DNA of 64,000 bases from a plasmid. Where the stretch lies: sequence record OW969666.1. One strand, 5' to 3'. Under the pieces are notes generated by a model, which did not search any database, was not told the DNA's origin, and saw only the letters and a list, made by a program, of their open reading frames with translations. The translations under genes and the position numbers were made by a program. Numbering within the stretch: the first letter of the stretch is position 1; each line of letters begins with the position of its first letter. Below, piece by piece: positions 30,959 through 39,681 of the stretch.

Positions 30959-31597
30959 TTATAAGACCACGTTTACTTCTGGCGGCGGCGGTGGCAGGTC
31001 TTCAAGACCGATCACTTCTTTTTTGCTGGACTCCACTTTCTGACTGCCTACCGAAATGCTCGCACTGACCCATTTAAAGAAAGCTTTAATCGTCGAACTG
31101 TCAGCTGTATCGAGCTGAACCACGATTTCAGTGATTTCTTTGAGGACGCTGGTATCGGCATCATGCCCGGCTGCACATGCCACAACAACGCCGGTTCTGG
31201 CCGCTTTAAAGTCATTCAGGCCTTTACGCCAGTCATCATTCGGACTTCCATCCGTCATCAGGAATACAAGGGGACGCCAGTCACCTTTAGTGTCAGCCGT
31301 CGTTTTCTGTACTTCTTTGGCAATGGAGCTGGCCGTCAGGGTAAGCGCTTCGCCAAGAGAGGTGGTGCCGCTGGCTGTTAGTGCTGGCATCTGGAAACTC
31401 AGGAGGTCTGTCAGGGGGACTGCCTGTCGGGCTGAAGAATCAAAGGTGATCACTGACACGTAAGCCGTTTCGAGTGCATACGGATCCTGTTTCAGCGTGG
31501 TAAGCAGCGTCTGAACGCCATTCTTAACCGCTTCGATAGGCTCTCCGTGCATAGAGCCGGACGTGTCGAGTAGCAGATATACGGGTAAGCGTCTCAA
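30959..31597 (-). CDS. terY: TerY-like vWA protein, 212 aa from TTG start
   Basis: LRRLPVYLLLDTSGSM; RBS AAGAAGGAA 6 nt upstream of TTG; the track ORF extends further 5' without an ATG near the conserved N-terminus. Confidence 0.7.
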   Translation of the reverse strand: MRRLPVYLLLDTSGSMHGEPIEAVKNGVQTLLTTLKQDPYALETAYVSVITFDSSARQAVPLTDLLSFQMPALTASGTTSLGEALTLTASSIAKEVQKTTADTKGDWRPLVFLMTDGSPNDDWRKGLNDFKAARTGVVVACAAGHDADTSVLKEITEIVVQLDTADSSTIKAFFKWVSASISVGSQKVESSKKEVIGLEDLPPPPPEVNVVL

Positions 31598-32014
31598 ATG
31601 TAATTCCTTCTTAAGAGATCGGAAGAGGAGAGTAGTTTCAGGAAGAGGCCAGAGTTTGTAGATTTGATAAAACGGCACGACATCTGTCGGGTGGAGATTA
31701 AATACTCAGAAGCGGCATTAAAGAAATAAGTTAACCACCATTGAATTACCGACATGTGAATGGCCTCTTATCAGAGAAAAAAATTCAGACCGTACTGGAA
31801 TATAAGATTTCTGAAAAAAACTCCGGCAAAAATAAACTTTCTTATGTATGAAAATCATCATACATCACAGATCTGCATGAATGGAGTGTAAATCGCCCAA
31901 AGATTGATGTGTAGCACAAGAGGATGTCAAGACACCAGGTTTTGTAGGCAGAAAGGCGCTGCTGACATTGCGGGAGGAGAATAGATCAAAACTCCGTCAC
32001 GCAGATACAGAGGT

Positions 32015-32047
32015 GAAATATGACAAAACCGGGGTTTTCACCCCGGT
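32015..32047 (-). terminator. Rho-independent terminator after terW
   Basis: accggggtgaaaaccccggt followed by a U-rich tract on the minus strand. Confidence 0.65.
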
Positions 32048-32060
32048 CTGAGATTTAGCG

Positions 32061-32528
32061 TCAGGACTTTTTAGCGCTGTATTCTTTTATCAGTTCATCA
32101 ACGGAGTGCAGAGCCAGCTTCTCTACCGCTTCACTTCGGGTCGAGCCACTCAGCGCAGCCAGACGGTCAATTTTTCTTAAAATCCGCATGCGTAGCGATA
32201 ATGACACGGCTGTTTTTTTATCCTTATCGAGTACGACCTTCCCTGTGGACTCACCGGTTTTCAGTTCAGCATTCTGTGCGAGCGCTTCATTCATCCGGCG
32301 AAGGGTCTTTTTATCCAGCTGGCCCGGATTAACGAGATGGTATGAATGACCTGCCTTGCTGTATTTGATCTCCGCAGAATATGACTCGCGTAGCTCTTTG
32401 AGTGCCCGGGTTAATGTCGGCTCTGAGCATTCCAGACTGGTTATAATGTCGGCAGCGGAAACGGGCTTGCCGGTGCCCAGTAAGTTGGCAAGCTTAAAAA
32501 TCCGGGCCTGTCTGGTATTTAATTGCAT
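32061..32528 (-). CDS. terW: TerW, HTH transcriptional regulator of the ter region, 155 aa
   Basis: Size, N-terminal HTH (…DIITSLECSEPTLTRALKEL…) and position match terW of ter loci. Confidence 0.7.
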   Translation of the reverse strand: MQLNTRQARIFKLANLLGTGKPVSAADIITSLECSEPTLTRALKELRESYSAEIKYSKAGHSYHLVNPGQLDKKTLRRMNEALAQNAELKTGESTGKVVLDKDKKTAVSLSLRMRILRKIDRLAALSGSTRSEAVEKLALHSVDELIKEYSAKKS

Positions 32529-32545
32529 CGTAAGATTTAGCCTGC

Positions 32546-33754
32546 TTAAAGGGTTAGTGGTTCAATAGGCTGAAAAATGAAGGTACTGCTCATCTTTCGA
32601 ATAACCGGTTGATCGCCTAACGCTTCAACCGGATCAATGTGTTCTAAGCCTGCAAAATTTACTGACGACATCTGGCTGCGACTGCATTTGCAGGACAGGA
32701 TATACTCATCCTCCAGATAGCCGGTCCGCTTACTGACCCGTTGCGTAAAGCCTGACACAATCACGTTGTCGAACGGTAGCGTATGTAAAACGATACCGAC
32801 CAGGCGGAACAAGCAGCCATGGACGTGGCGGGCATAGTTTTCGCGTACGGCTTTTTGCGTCATGGCTTTTTCCGTCAGCTCCGTGCCCCGGGCATTAACG
32901 CCGTAAATCTTATCAGGGAAATCTTCAATCTCAGCTAAATCAACATCCAGCAGGACTGCTGATAGCTCCGGCTTTACTTCAAATGCAACAAGCGTTTCAC
33001 GCGGCCATTCAGTTTCTGCCAGCACACCCGCCAGGTATGATTCGAAAAACGCGGCGTCTGTCCGGAACTGCTGCCGGGCATCTGCCTGAGCCGTGGCGAG
33101 CCGTTTTTCATGTTCTTCAGCCTCAAACTTCCAGTTTGCATACTGTTCGGCCCAGGCCGTCCGTTGTTGCTGGTACCGGTGCTGTCGAAGGGTATTCTCA
33201 CGCTCCACATCAATCAGCTCCTGCTGCCACCGGCGAAGATTTTCGGCGTGGCGCTCAGCTTTAGCTGATTCCGATTCAAACCATTTACCCAGAAAACTAA
33301 TGCCTTCGCTCTCGGCAGGCTTTTCCGGCAATGCAAGATAGTCTGGCTTTTCTGGACGCACCGGTGCCGGAACCTGAAAAGGCGACGTTCTGTTATGCAG
33401 GTATACTGCTTCCAGCTCTGCCCAGCTGATGCCTGTTTTGGGATCCGGCGTCAGCTCGTGAATATTACGGATTGCGGTCACCGCTGACATGAGATCAGCG
33501 GCTTCCTGCTCAAGCGCCTGTCTGAGCCCCGGGTCGGTAGCCGTCCGGTTCCCACCTCCGGAACGCGCGGCCCGGTCAAGCCGGGTACGGTAACTCAGCC
33601 CGGTACCGGGCAAGCCCAGATTGGCATAGGTCCCCCGGCTTCCAAAAGAAACGGAAGCACCTCTCGGCCCGACACTCAGGCTCGGTGCACCGTTACTCAG
33701 GTTGAGGCGAACACCAGGAATAATGTTGATCGACTTTCTGAACCTGAACCCCAT
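32546..33754 (-). CDS. DUF4236-like protein, 402 aa, with a coiled-coil C-terminal region
   Basis: N-terminal MGFRFRKSINIIPGVRLNLS… DUF4236 signature; Q/E/R-rich heptad-like middle. Confidence 0.6.
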   Translation of the reverse strand: MGFRFRKSINIIPGVRLNLSNGAPSLSVGPRGASVSFGSRGTYANLGLPGTGLSYRTRLDRAARSGGGNRTATDPGLRQALEQEAADLMSAVTAIRNIHELTPDPKTGISWAELEAVYLHNRTSPFQVPAPVRPEKPDYLALPEKPAESEGISFLGKWFESESAKAERHAENLRRWQQELIDVERENTLRQHRYQQQRTAWAEQYANWKFEAEEHEKRLATAQADARQQFRTDAAFFESYLAGVLAETEWPRETLVAFEVKPELSAVLLDVDLAEIEDFPDKIYGVNARGTELTEKAMTQKAVRENYARHVHGCLFRLVGIVLHTLPFDNVIVSGFTQRVSKRTGYLEDEYILSCKCSRSQMSSVNFAGLEHIDPVEALGDQPVIRKMSSTFIFQPIEPLTL

Positions 33755-33764
33755 TATGATTTCC

Positions 33765-34721
33765 TTAATGATGCTGGGTCACGGTAAGTAATCTGATTCC
33801 ATCAGCGCTTTGCTCGTTCTGTAACCCATAAAAACGAGCTCTGTCCAGAATGCCAGCCGCCCAGCGGCGATGTGTGGCGGGTTCACACATTGCTCCCTGC
33901 GACTTAAACACGGCCTGGGTCGAGTTCAGGATCCGCAGAGCGTCAGAATGCTCACCCTGAGTGACCATCAGCGCGTTTTGAATGACCTCTATCTGACCCG
34001 GGTGAATGGCCGTTTTCCCAACAAGCCCATGTGCCATATCAAGAGCCAGCTCTCTGGCCATTACGGCATGATCGTCAATATGCTCACATACGGGCGCGGT
34101 CAGGGCAAAATCACGCGGGCCGAAGACCGAAACGAGCATTTTGATGACGTAGCCCATCGGGCTGTCATACAGCGTCAGGTCCCGGGGACGGCGAAGCGAC
34201 ACAACGTTCATAAGATCGTTGCCGCCGATTCGAAGCGCAATAATGCGGTCGTGGCAGGGATGTTCCACCAGACGGGTGGCCAGCTCCCGCATCTGAACCA
34301 CGTCAAAGACGTCTTCTGTTTCCAGCGTTGGCATCATGCACAGGTGAGTCCCGCCCATGATATCCCACCATTCAGCTAACGAACTGAGGGTAAATTTCGG
34401 CAACACAAACCCGTCGACAGCGGAAAGATCATAATGCGCTTTTAACCATCTGCCCATGTCGGCATGCCGGGGGCGAATGAACACCAGAGGCCAGTCATTT
34501 TTACCCAGGCTACGCATGCTGTTACTGAGCTCGTGCAGCAGGTGCTCCAGATTTTTGAGGGCGATGGGGATGTCTGCTTCACTGACAGCATCCTCAAGGC
34601 AAATTACCAGAGAGCGCAAACCCGGGATTTTCCCATGCAGGACGGCATCAGCAATATCTTCCCGTGTTGCAGGCATGTATAGCGTGGCTCCCAGATTCCA
34701 GGGAGAAAGACGATTTTTCAT
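33765..34721 (-). CDS. HpcH/HpaI aldolase / citrate-lyase beta-like enzyme, 318 aa
   Basis: TIM-barrel lyase motifs (…LVICLEDAV…, …IRIGGNDL…, …GKTAIHPGQIEV…). Confidence 0.75.
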   Translation of the reverse strand: MKNRLSPWNLGATLYMPATREDIADAVLHGKIPGLRSLVICLEDAVSEADIPIALKNLEHLLHELSNSMRSLGKNDWPLVFIRPRHADMGRWLKAHYDLSAVDGFVLPKFTLSSLAEWWDIMGGTHLCMMPTLETEDVFDVVQMRELATRLVEHPCHDRIIALRIGGNDLMNVVSLRRPRDLTLYDSPMGYVIKMLVSVFGPRDFALTAPVCEHIDDHAVMARELALDMAHGLVGKTAIHPGQIEVIQNALMVTQGEHSDALRILNSTQAVFKSQGAMCEPATHRRWAAGILDRARFYGLQNEQSADGIRLLTVTQHH

Positions 34722-35800
34722 CAGAGTACCTTCTTGATAATGGTTACAGCCCGATACTGGCCGAGGGTTCCCCCCATTTCTGTAACAACTATTCCCTTTT
34801 CACGAGCAAGCCCTACAAGCAAGGCAACGTCCGGGTCGTCAATAGAACGCACAAATATATGGTCCGGTACCCGACGCAATACAGCCCGGGTTGCTTCAGC
34901 AATACCGGGTTTAATACGATTGACGCTGTCCACTTTAAATTCATCGGCCAGGAACGCGATAACGTCGCGACTTGTCTGCCATAAGATCCGGGCTGACTCC
35001 GTATTCCAGCTCAGGGGAGCGAGGGATGTCGGTGTTAACTTCTTACGGAAATGAGCGACGGTATCGACAAGCATCCGGCTGCATTCGAATTCACTGAGAT
35101 GCTCGCAAACCATGCACCCATGTAATCCTTCAGAGGACCATACTGACCGGGAGATCAGACCTGATACCGGCGCACCCATGATGCCAAAAGGAATGAGCCA
35201 GTCATCATCACTTGCTGCAAGCCAGGAACAGCCACAGGGATCGGCCAGGACAACCAGTCGCGGCTGCTCAGGATAGCCCGGGCGATCTTTCAGTGCGCGT
35301 ACAAGCTCTCCGGTAATTGCGCCTTTACCTGTCCATCCGTCAACAAAGACAATACCGCTGGTACCATGCCGCTCTTCAATGACGTCGAGTGCTGCACCGT
35401 CAATTCCACGATCCCGGATGATGCTGATGCCGTAATGCCATGAGGTTTTCCCCATGTCACGCAGGGCCTGGTGCAGCATAACGCCGAGCGGTACGCCAGC
35501 TCTGACAAGACTGGCCAGTACAATGGGCTCATCACCGAAGCGTTCGGCCAGAGAAATAGCGAGCTGTGTGACTTCTTTTGCAAGCCTCTCTGCGCCCCGA
35601 TCCAGCGCCCGGTGAAACAAATCAAGATGCCATTGTGTTGGTGCTGGCTCCTGGCTGAGCATGTCTGAATAATGTTTCTTCCCGGACTGAATCAGCTCTT
35701 CTTTTTGATCAACCGGCGTCATCTCAATGACAACCGGCTTTAGCAGAAATTCCACGTCACCGGGCTGGTATGAGCCGGTAAATGTTTCATGTGGCTGCAT
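34721..35800 (-). CDS. PRTase-related protein of the ter-linked biosynthetic cassette, 359 aa from ATG 35800
   Basis: …GIVFVDGWTGKGAITGEL… nucleotide/PRPP-loop-like segment; RBS GGAGA; track ORF start 35866 overlaps the HAD gene. Confidence 0.6.
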   Translation of the reverse strand: MQPHETFTGSYQPGDVEFLLKPVVIEMTPVDQKEELIQSGKKHYSDMLSQEPAPTQWHLDLFHRALDRGAERLAKEVTQLAISLAERFGDEPIVLASLVRAGVPLGVMLHQALRDMGKTSWHYGISIIRDRGIDGAALDVIEERHGTSGIVFVDGWTGKGAITGELVRALKDRPGYPEQPRLVVLADPCGCSWLAASDDDWLIPFGIMGAPVSGLISRSVWSSEGLHGCMVCEHLSEFECSRMLVDTVAHFRKKLTPTSLAPLSWNTESARILWQTSRDVIAFLADEFKVDSVNRIKPGIAEATRAVLRRVPDHIFVRSIDDPDVALLVGLAREKGIVVTEMGGTLGQYRAVTIIKKVL

Positions 35801-35801
35801 T

Positions 35802-36575
35802 TTAATTTTCTCCAAAAATTCGCTGTGAAATGGCATCTGCAAACTGACTCTGACGCGGGATGCCAAACCAGCTGCACAGTTTCATAAAACGATGATCGCT
35901 CAGGCTGTCGCCCAGACCAATTACGGGGAAAACGCCGCGTTCAGCCCGAAGTTTTTCAAGCAGCCAGCTGACGGCCAGCCCTTTCTCAACCGGGGTGGGT
36001 AGCCAGGCCACGTTATTACTGTTGCGGTGGATGTAGAAGCCCTCGGTCGGAAACACCGTTTCTATCTCATCTGCAATGGCATTGAGCTCGTCAAGGCGGG
36101 TGCTGTCGCGGTGTTTCATCACCATATAAACCGCCGTTTCACCGTATTCGAAGTTCAGTCTTGCCCAGGCATTAATCCCTTTTGCGTCCATCATTTCAGT
36201 GATCAGTCGCTGCATCGATGTCAGCTTTTCCTGATAGGGAGCCAGCTGGCCGAGCATATGGGCCTTCCACTCCTCGTCGGGGTTGCCTTCAGGCGTGAGA
36301 ATGACGGCCCCGTGCGTGGTGATTGCCCAGGAGTGGAAAGGGATCCGTACGCGGCTGATTTCTTCAGTTCCCCGTGCGGTAACGGGAATGAGTTCAGCCT
36401 GCTCCAGAAGCCAGTCCACTAACATGGACTGTTCTTCCGTCATAAAGCTTCGTGGATTCAGGGTACGATCAACGGCACCGGTACGGAATGGCTCCAGGGC
36501 CAGCTCGTCCACCATTTTACGACGGGTCTGAAAGAGCGTGTCGTCAAGGTCGCTCAGAACAACGGGTTTATTCAT
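35802..36575 (-). CDS. HAD-superfamily phosphatase, 257 aa from ATG 36575
   Basis: MNKPVVLSDLDDTLF (DxDxT motif I); ATGA overlap with the upstream gene. Confidence 0.75.
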   Translation of the reverse strand: MNKPVVLSDLDDTLFQTRRKMVDELALEPFRTGAVDRTLNPRSFMTEEQSMLVDWLLEQAELIPVTARGTEEISRVRIPFHSWAITTHGAVILTPEGNPDEEWKAHMLGQLAPYQEKLTSMQRLITEMMDAKGINAWARLNFEYGETAVYMVMKHRDSTRLDELNAIADEIETVFPTEGFYIHRNSNNVAWLPTPVEKGLAVSWLLEKLRAERGVFPVIGLGDSLSDHRFMKLCSWFGIPRQSQFADAISQRIFGEN

Positions 36576-37716
36576 AGGTAACAATCTCCACGACGGGCGC
36601 AACCTCAGCCAGCGCCTTAAGAAGCTGCGCGTCAATACTTTCTGCGGGTGTCTCAGTACACACAAGAATGCGGTCAAACTGCTGGTGGGCGACGTTATAG
36701 ACAAAATTGGGGATGCCCAGCCCGTAGTTATCCGTAAAGGAAATGGCGGACTCAATGGCATAACCAACGGCGATAGGGGAGCGGGTAGTCGAACCGTAAA
36801 ATGCCTTTGCCCCGGCAGCTTCGAGCCGTTCTGCAAGCAGGAACGGCTCCCAGACGAATTCCCCTGTCCCGAGAACCAGAACACGCTCCCCTTTGCGGAC
36901 GGAAACCTCATGGCCGAGATCGGCCGCAGGTGCGAGCATCCCCAGTCGACCCCATGACTGTTTCCCCTGGATGTCCCATTCTCCGCGTGAAGTTACGTTG
37001 ACTTTTGGCATGTCCGGGACCGGTGCATCTGGTAATGTGGTCCATCCCCACTGACCGCTTACAAGAGAAACAGAAGTGACGGGTAAGGTGCTGCGCTCGG
37101 ACAAGGCTTTGCCACTCCAGTCGGTAAGCGTAACGGCGATAACCTGTTCAATATGTTGAAGCTTGCCGGTATTACGCAGGGCAGAAAGCAGGTTAATAAA
37201 GGTATTACCGGTGGTTGCCTCGTCATCAATCAAAACCAGCGTTCGCGCGTTGGTAACACGACGTCTTTTCTCTTCATCATCTGGCAGATAGATCAGATGA
37301 TCAGTGGCGTGGCTGTGTTCTTCCTTGAACTCGCAAAGCAACGTGCCATCAACCGGGTGACGGGTAGAGGTCAGATATACAGATTCACGATGCTGGTGGC
37401 GCACTTCATCAAACACACCGGCCCCAAGCCCAACGGCGGTTTCAGCCATACCGATAAACAGTACGGGCCCTGTTAGCGTTGAGGGGAACTGGCTGGCAAG
37501 CTGTCTGTAGGCCTGCCGCATGACTGAGGGTGGCACGGGAATGTGCCTGCCGAGTACTTTGCTGACAAACAGAAAGGCGCGTTTCGGGTTACGTCTTTCA
37601 GCGATATCAAACAGGTCATCGAGCGAAACTTCACCCTGATCGCGGATTACCTGAATCGTACCGCATGAGAGGGTACGGCGATAAATCATATCTTCGAGGT
37701 TATCAGACATAAACAC
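36568..37716 (-). CDS. Phosphoribosyltransferase-domain protein, 382 aa
   Basis: …RTLVLIDDEATTGNTF… PRPP-binding motif. Confidence 0.75.
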   Translation of the reverse strand: MFMSDNLEDMIYRRTLSCGTIQVIRDQGEVSLDDLFDIAERRNPKRAFLFVSKVLGRHIPVPPSVMRQAYRQLASQFPSTLTGPVLFIGMAETAVGLGAGVFDEVRHQHRESVYLTSTRHPVDGTLLCEFKEEHSHATDHLIYLPDDEEKRRRVTNARTLVLIDDEATTGNTFINLLSALRNTGKLQHIEQVIAVTLTDWSGKALSERSTLPVTSVSLVSGQWGWTTLPDAPVPDMPKVNVTSRGEWDIQGKQSWGRLGMLAPAADLGHEVSVRKGERVLVLGTGEFVWEPFLLAERLEAAGAKAFYGSTTRSPIAVGYAIESAISFTDNYGLGIPNFVYNVAHQQFDRILVCTETPAESIDAQLLKALAEVAPVVEIVTYE

Positions 37717-37719
37717 GCC

Positions 37720-38778
37720 TTAATTCAAAAGGTTAGAGAGTGATTCCGGGTATGCAATTACATCCGTAATGGATCTCACCGCAACCGGAGAAAAGGTGTT
37801 TTTAGCGCTCTGGCGCACCATATCTTCAGACATCAGACCGAGCTTAAAGGCAGCAAATAACCCAGGAAGGTTCACCCCGCTGTGAAGGGTATAACCCACC
37901 CCCCCTGACGGACGCATGTTGGTTTCAAGCAGCACCGGGTTGCCATTCACATCGTTTCGCGTCTGAACATTCACCAGCCCGTCGGCCTTCATAACCCGGG
38001 CGCAGTCACACGCCAGTTCCCAGGCGCTACCTTCGTTTACCAGATACTGGATAGCCCCTTCCTTACGGCGTCCCACGGCTGCGAGTATTTCGCCCTTATC
38101 CGCGAGGATATCGACGGAAAATTCCGGGCCTGGCAGGTACGGCATCAAAACAAGGGGTTTAAACGACTCAGCAGCTGATGCTGCTGCAATATACTGTTGC
38201 GGACTGACCAGACGATGTTCGGGATGATTAAAGACGGCCATAGGCGAAGCACTGTCATCAAAGCGCCAGAATCCCATGCCATAGATACCCGTCACCGGCT
38301 TCACGCATATCGGGCTGTCAGTGAACGGCGGGGACGCGAGGTGTGTCTTTAATTCTGCCAGCGTATTCACCCGCCAGGATGGTACAACCGGGAGTCCCTT
38401 TTGCTCCATAAACTGAGCAAAAGTAACTTTTTCGTCAGCCAGAGTTAACCAGTCGACGCTCGTTGCACCGGTAGTAAGGGTGGCACCGGTCGATTCAATG
38501 TCTGAACGGTGTTCTTCAAACCACTGGCTGTTACGGCCAGTATGAATATGGTGGATGCCGTAGGTCTGAATGGTTTCCTGAATAAACTGGAGACGTTTTT
38601 GAGGATCTTCAGGTTCAGTCAAAGAATAATCGGCAACGGAAAGGATTTCATTTCTTTCGTTACGGTGGGAGGCAAAAACGGTAATGGCAAAATTATTTTT
38701 TTGTGCAAATGATTTTACCCCCTGAATAATATCTCGCTGGGAGGATAAACCTTCCATAAACCAAATTTTCTTGTTCAT
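37720..38778 (-). CDS. ATP-grasp enzyme, 352 aa (first gene of the cassette)
   Basis: ATP-grasp features (…KPVTGIYGMGFW…, …FSVDILADKGEILAAVGRRKEG…); divergent from terZ. Confidence 0.7.
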   Translation of the reverse strand: MNKKIWFMEGLSSQRDIIQGVKSFAQKNNFAITVFASHRNERNEILSVADYSLTEPEDPQKRLQFIQETIQTYGIHHIHTGRNSQWFEEHRSDIESTGATLTTGATSVDWLTLADEKVTFAQFMEQKGLPVVPSWRVNTLAELKTHLASPPFTDSPICVKPVTGIYGMGFWRFDDSASPMAVFNHPEHRLVSPQQYIAAASAAESFKPLVLMPYLPGPEFSVDILADKGEILAAVGRRKEGAIQYLVNEGSAWELACDCARVMKADGLVNVQTRNDVNGNPVLLETNMRPSGGVGYTLHSGVNLPGLFAAFKLGLMSEDMVRQSAKNTFSPVAVRSITDVIAYPESLSNLLN

Positions 38779-39099
38779 TTTTTTTAATTATCCGGAACGC
38801 CATGCAAATTTATGATTGAGAAGTGAGTCTATGAGTGTCTAAGCTACATGTCAATCATAATATGATTAATAACTTCTGTGGTTATGGAGTGAGTCAGTAT
38901 TTTTTGGATTCCCGATAAAGTATTGATATTTAAATTAAACATAGAAAATTAACACCCTGAAAAGATTTTCTTTTTGTGTTTTTACAGAAAACTACCAAAA
39001 TTTCCCTTGTCAGAGAACTTCATCATGATATGATTTTCTTCGTCAGTTAATAAACAACCCTTTGATTGTCTCGGTCATTACCATTTTAAGGAATAAAAC
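38779..39099. promoter_or_regulatory. AT-rich divergent promoter region between the biosynthetic operon and terZABCDEF
   Basis: 320-bp AT-rich intergenic region; inverted repeat TTATGATTGA-N31-TCAATCATAA at ~38808-38858. Confidence 0.5.
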
Positions 39100-39681
39100 A
39101 TGGTTTCATTAGTTAAGAACCAGACGGTATCACTCAGCAAAGAATCATCTGCATTAAGCCAGCTTCATTTCGGTCTCGGTTGGGATCCGGTTAAGAAAAA
39201 AGGTCTTCTTGGAGGATTGTTTGGAGGCAACGACTCAATCGATCTCGATGCTGGCTGCGTATTAATGGACAGCACCGGTAAAACAATTGACACCATCTGG
39301 TTCCGCAAACTGGAATCCACCTGCGGCGCTGTTGTGCACAGTGGCGATAACCTGACCGGTGAGGGTGACGGTGACGATGAAGTGATTAAGGTCAACCTCT
39401 CCCGACTGCCTGCAAACGTTGAATACCTGGCGTTTACGGTAAACAGCTTCCGTGGTCAGTCGTTCAATGACGTCGAAAACGCGTTCTGCCGCGTTGTCGA
39501 TCAAACCGGCAAAGAGCTGGCTCGCTACAAGCTGACTGAGCAGGGCTCACATACCGGGATCGTTATTTCTTCGCTGCGCCGTAATAACGGCAACTGGGAC
39601 TTTACCGCCCTTGGCCATGCCTGTCGCGGCCGCACAATTGACGATATGCACTCCGATATCGTTTCAGCGGTTATCCGCTAA
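39100..39681 (+). CDS. terZ: TerZ (TerD-family protein)
   Basis: 193 aa; [13 protein letters not shown] Ca-binding motif. Confidence 0.9.
   Translation: MVSLVKNQTVSLSKESSALSQLHFGLGWDPVKKKGLLGGLFGGNDSIDLDAGCVLMDSTGKTIDTIWFRKLESTCGAVVHSGDNLTGEGDGDDEVIKVNLSRLPANVEYLAFTVNSFRGQSFNDVENAFCRVVDQTGKELARYKLTEQGSHTGIVISSLRRNNGNWDFTALGHACRGRTIDDMHSDIVSAVIR

Noticed and set aside
35866-36911. Long N-terminal extensions of the HAD (to 36911) and PRTase-like (to 35866) ORFs
   Set aside because: They overlap the upstream genes. The conserved N-termini with an RBS start at 36575 and 35800.
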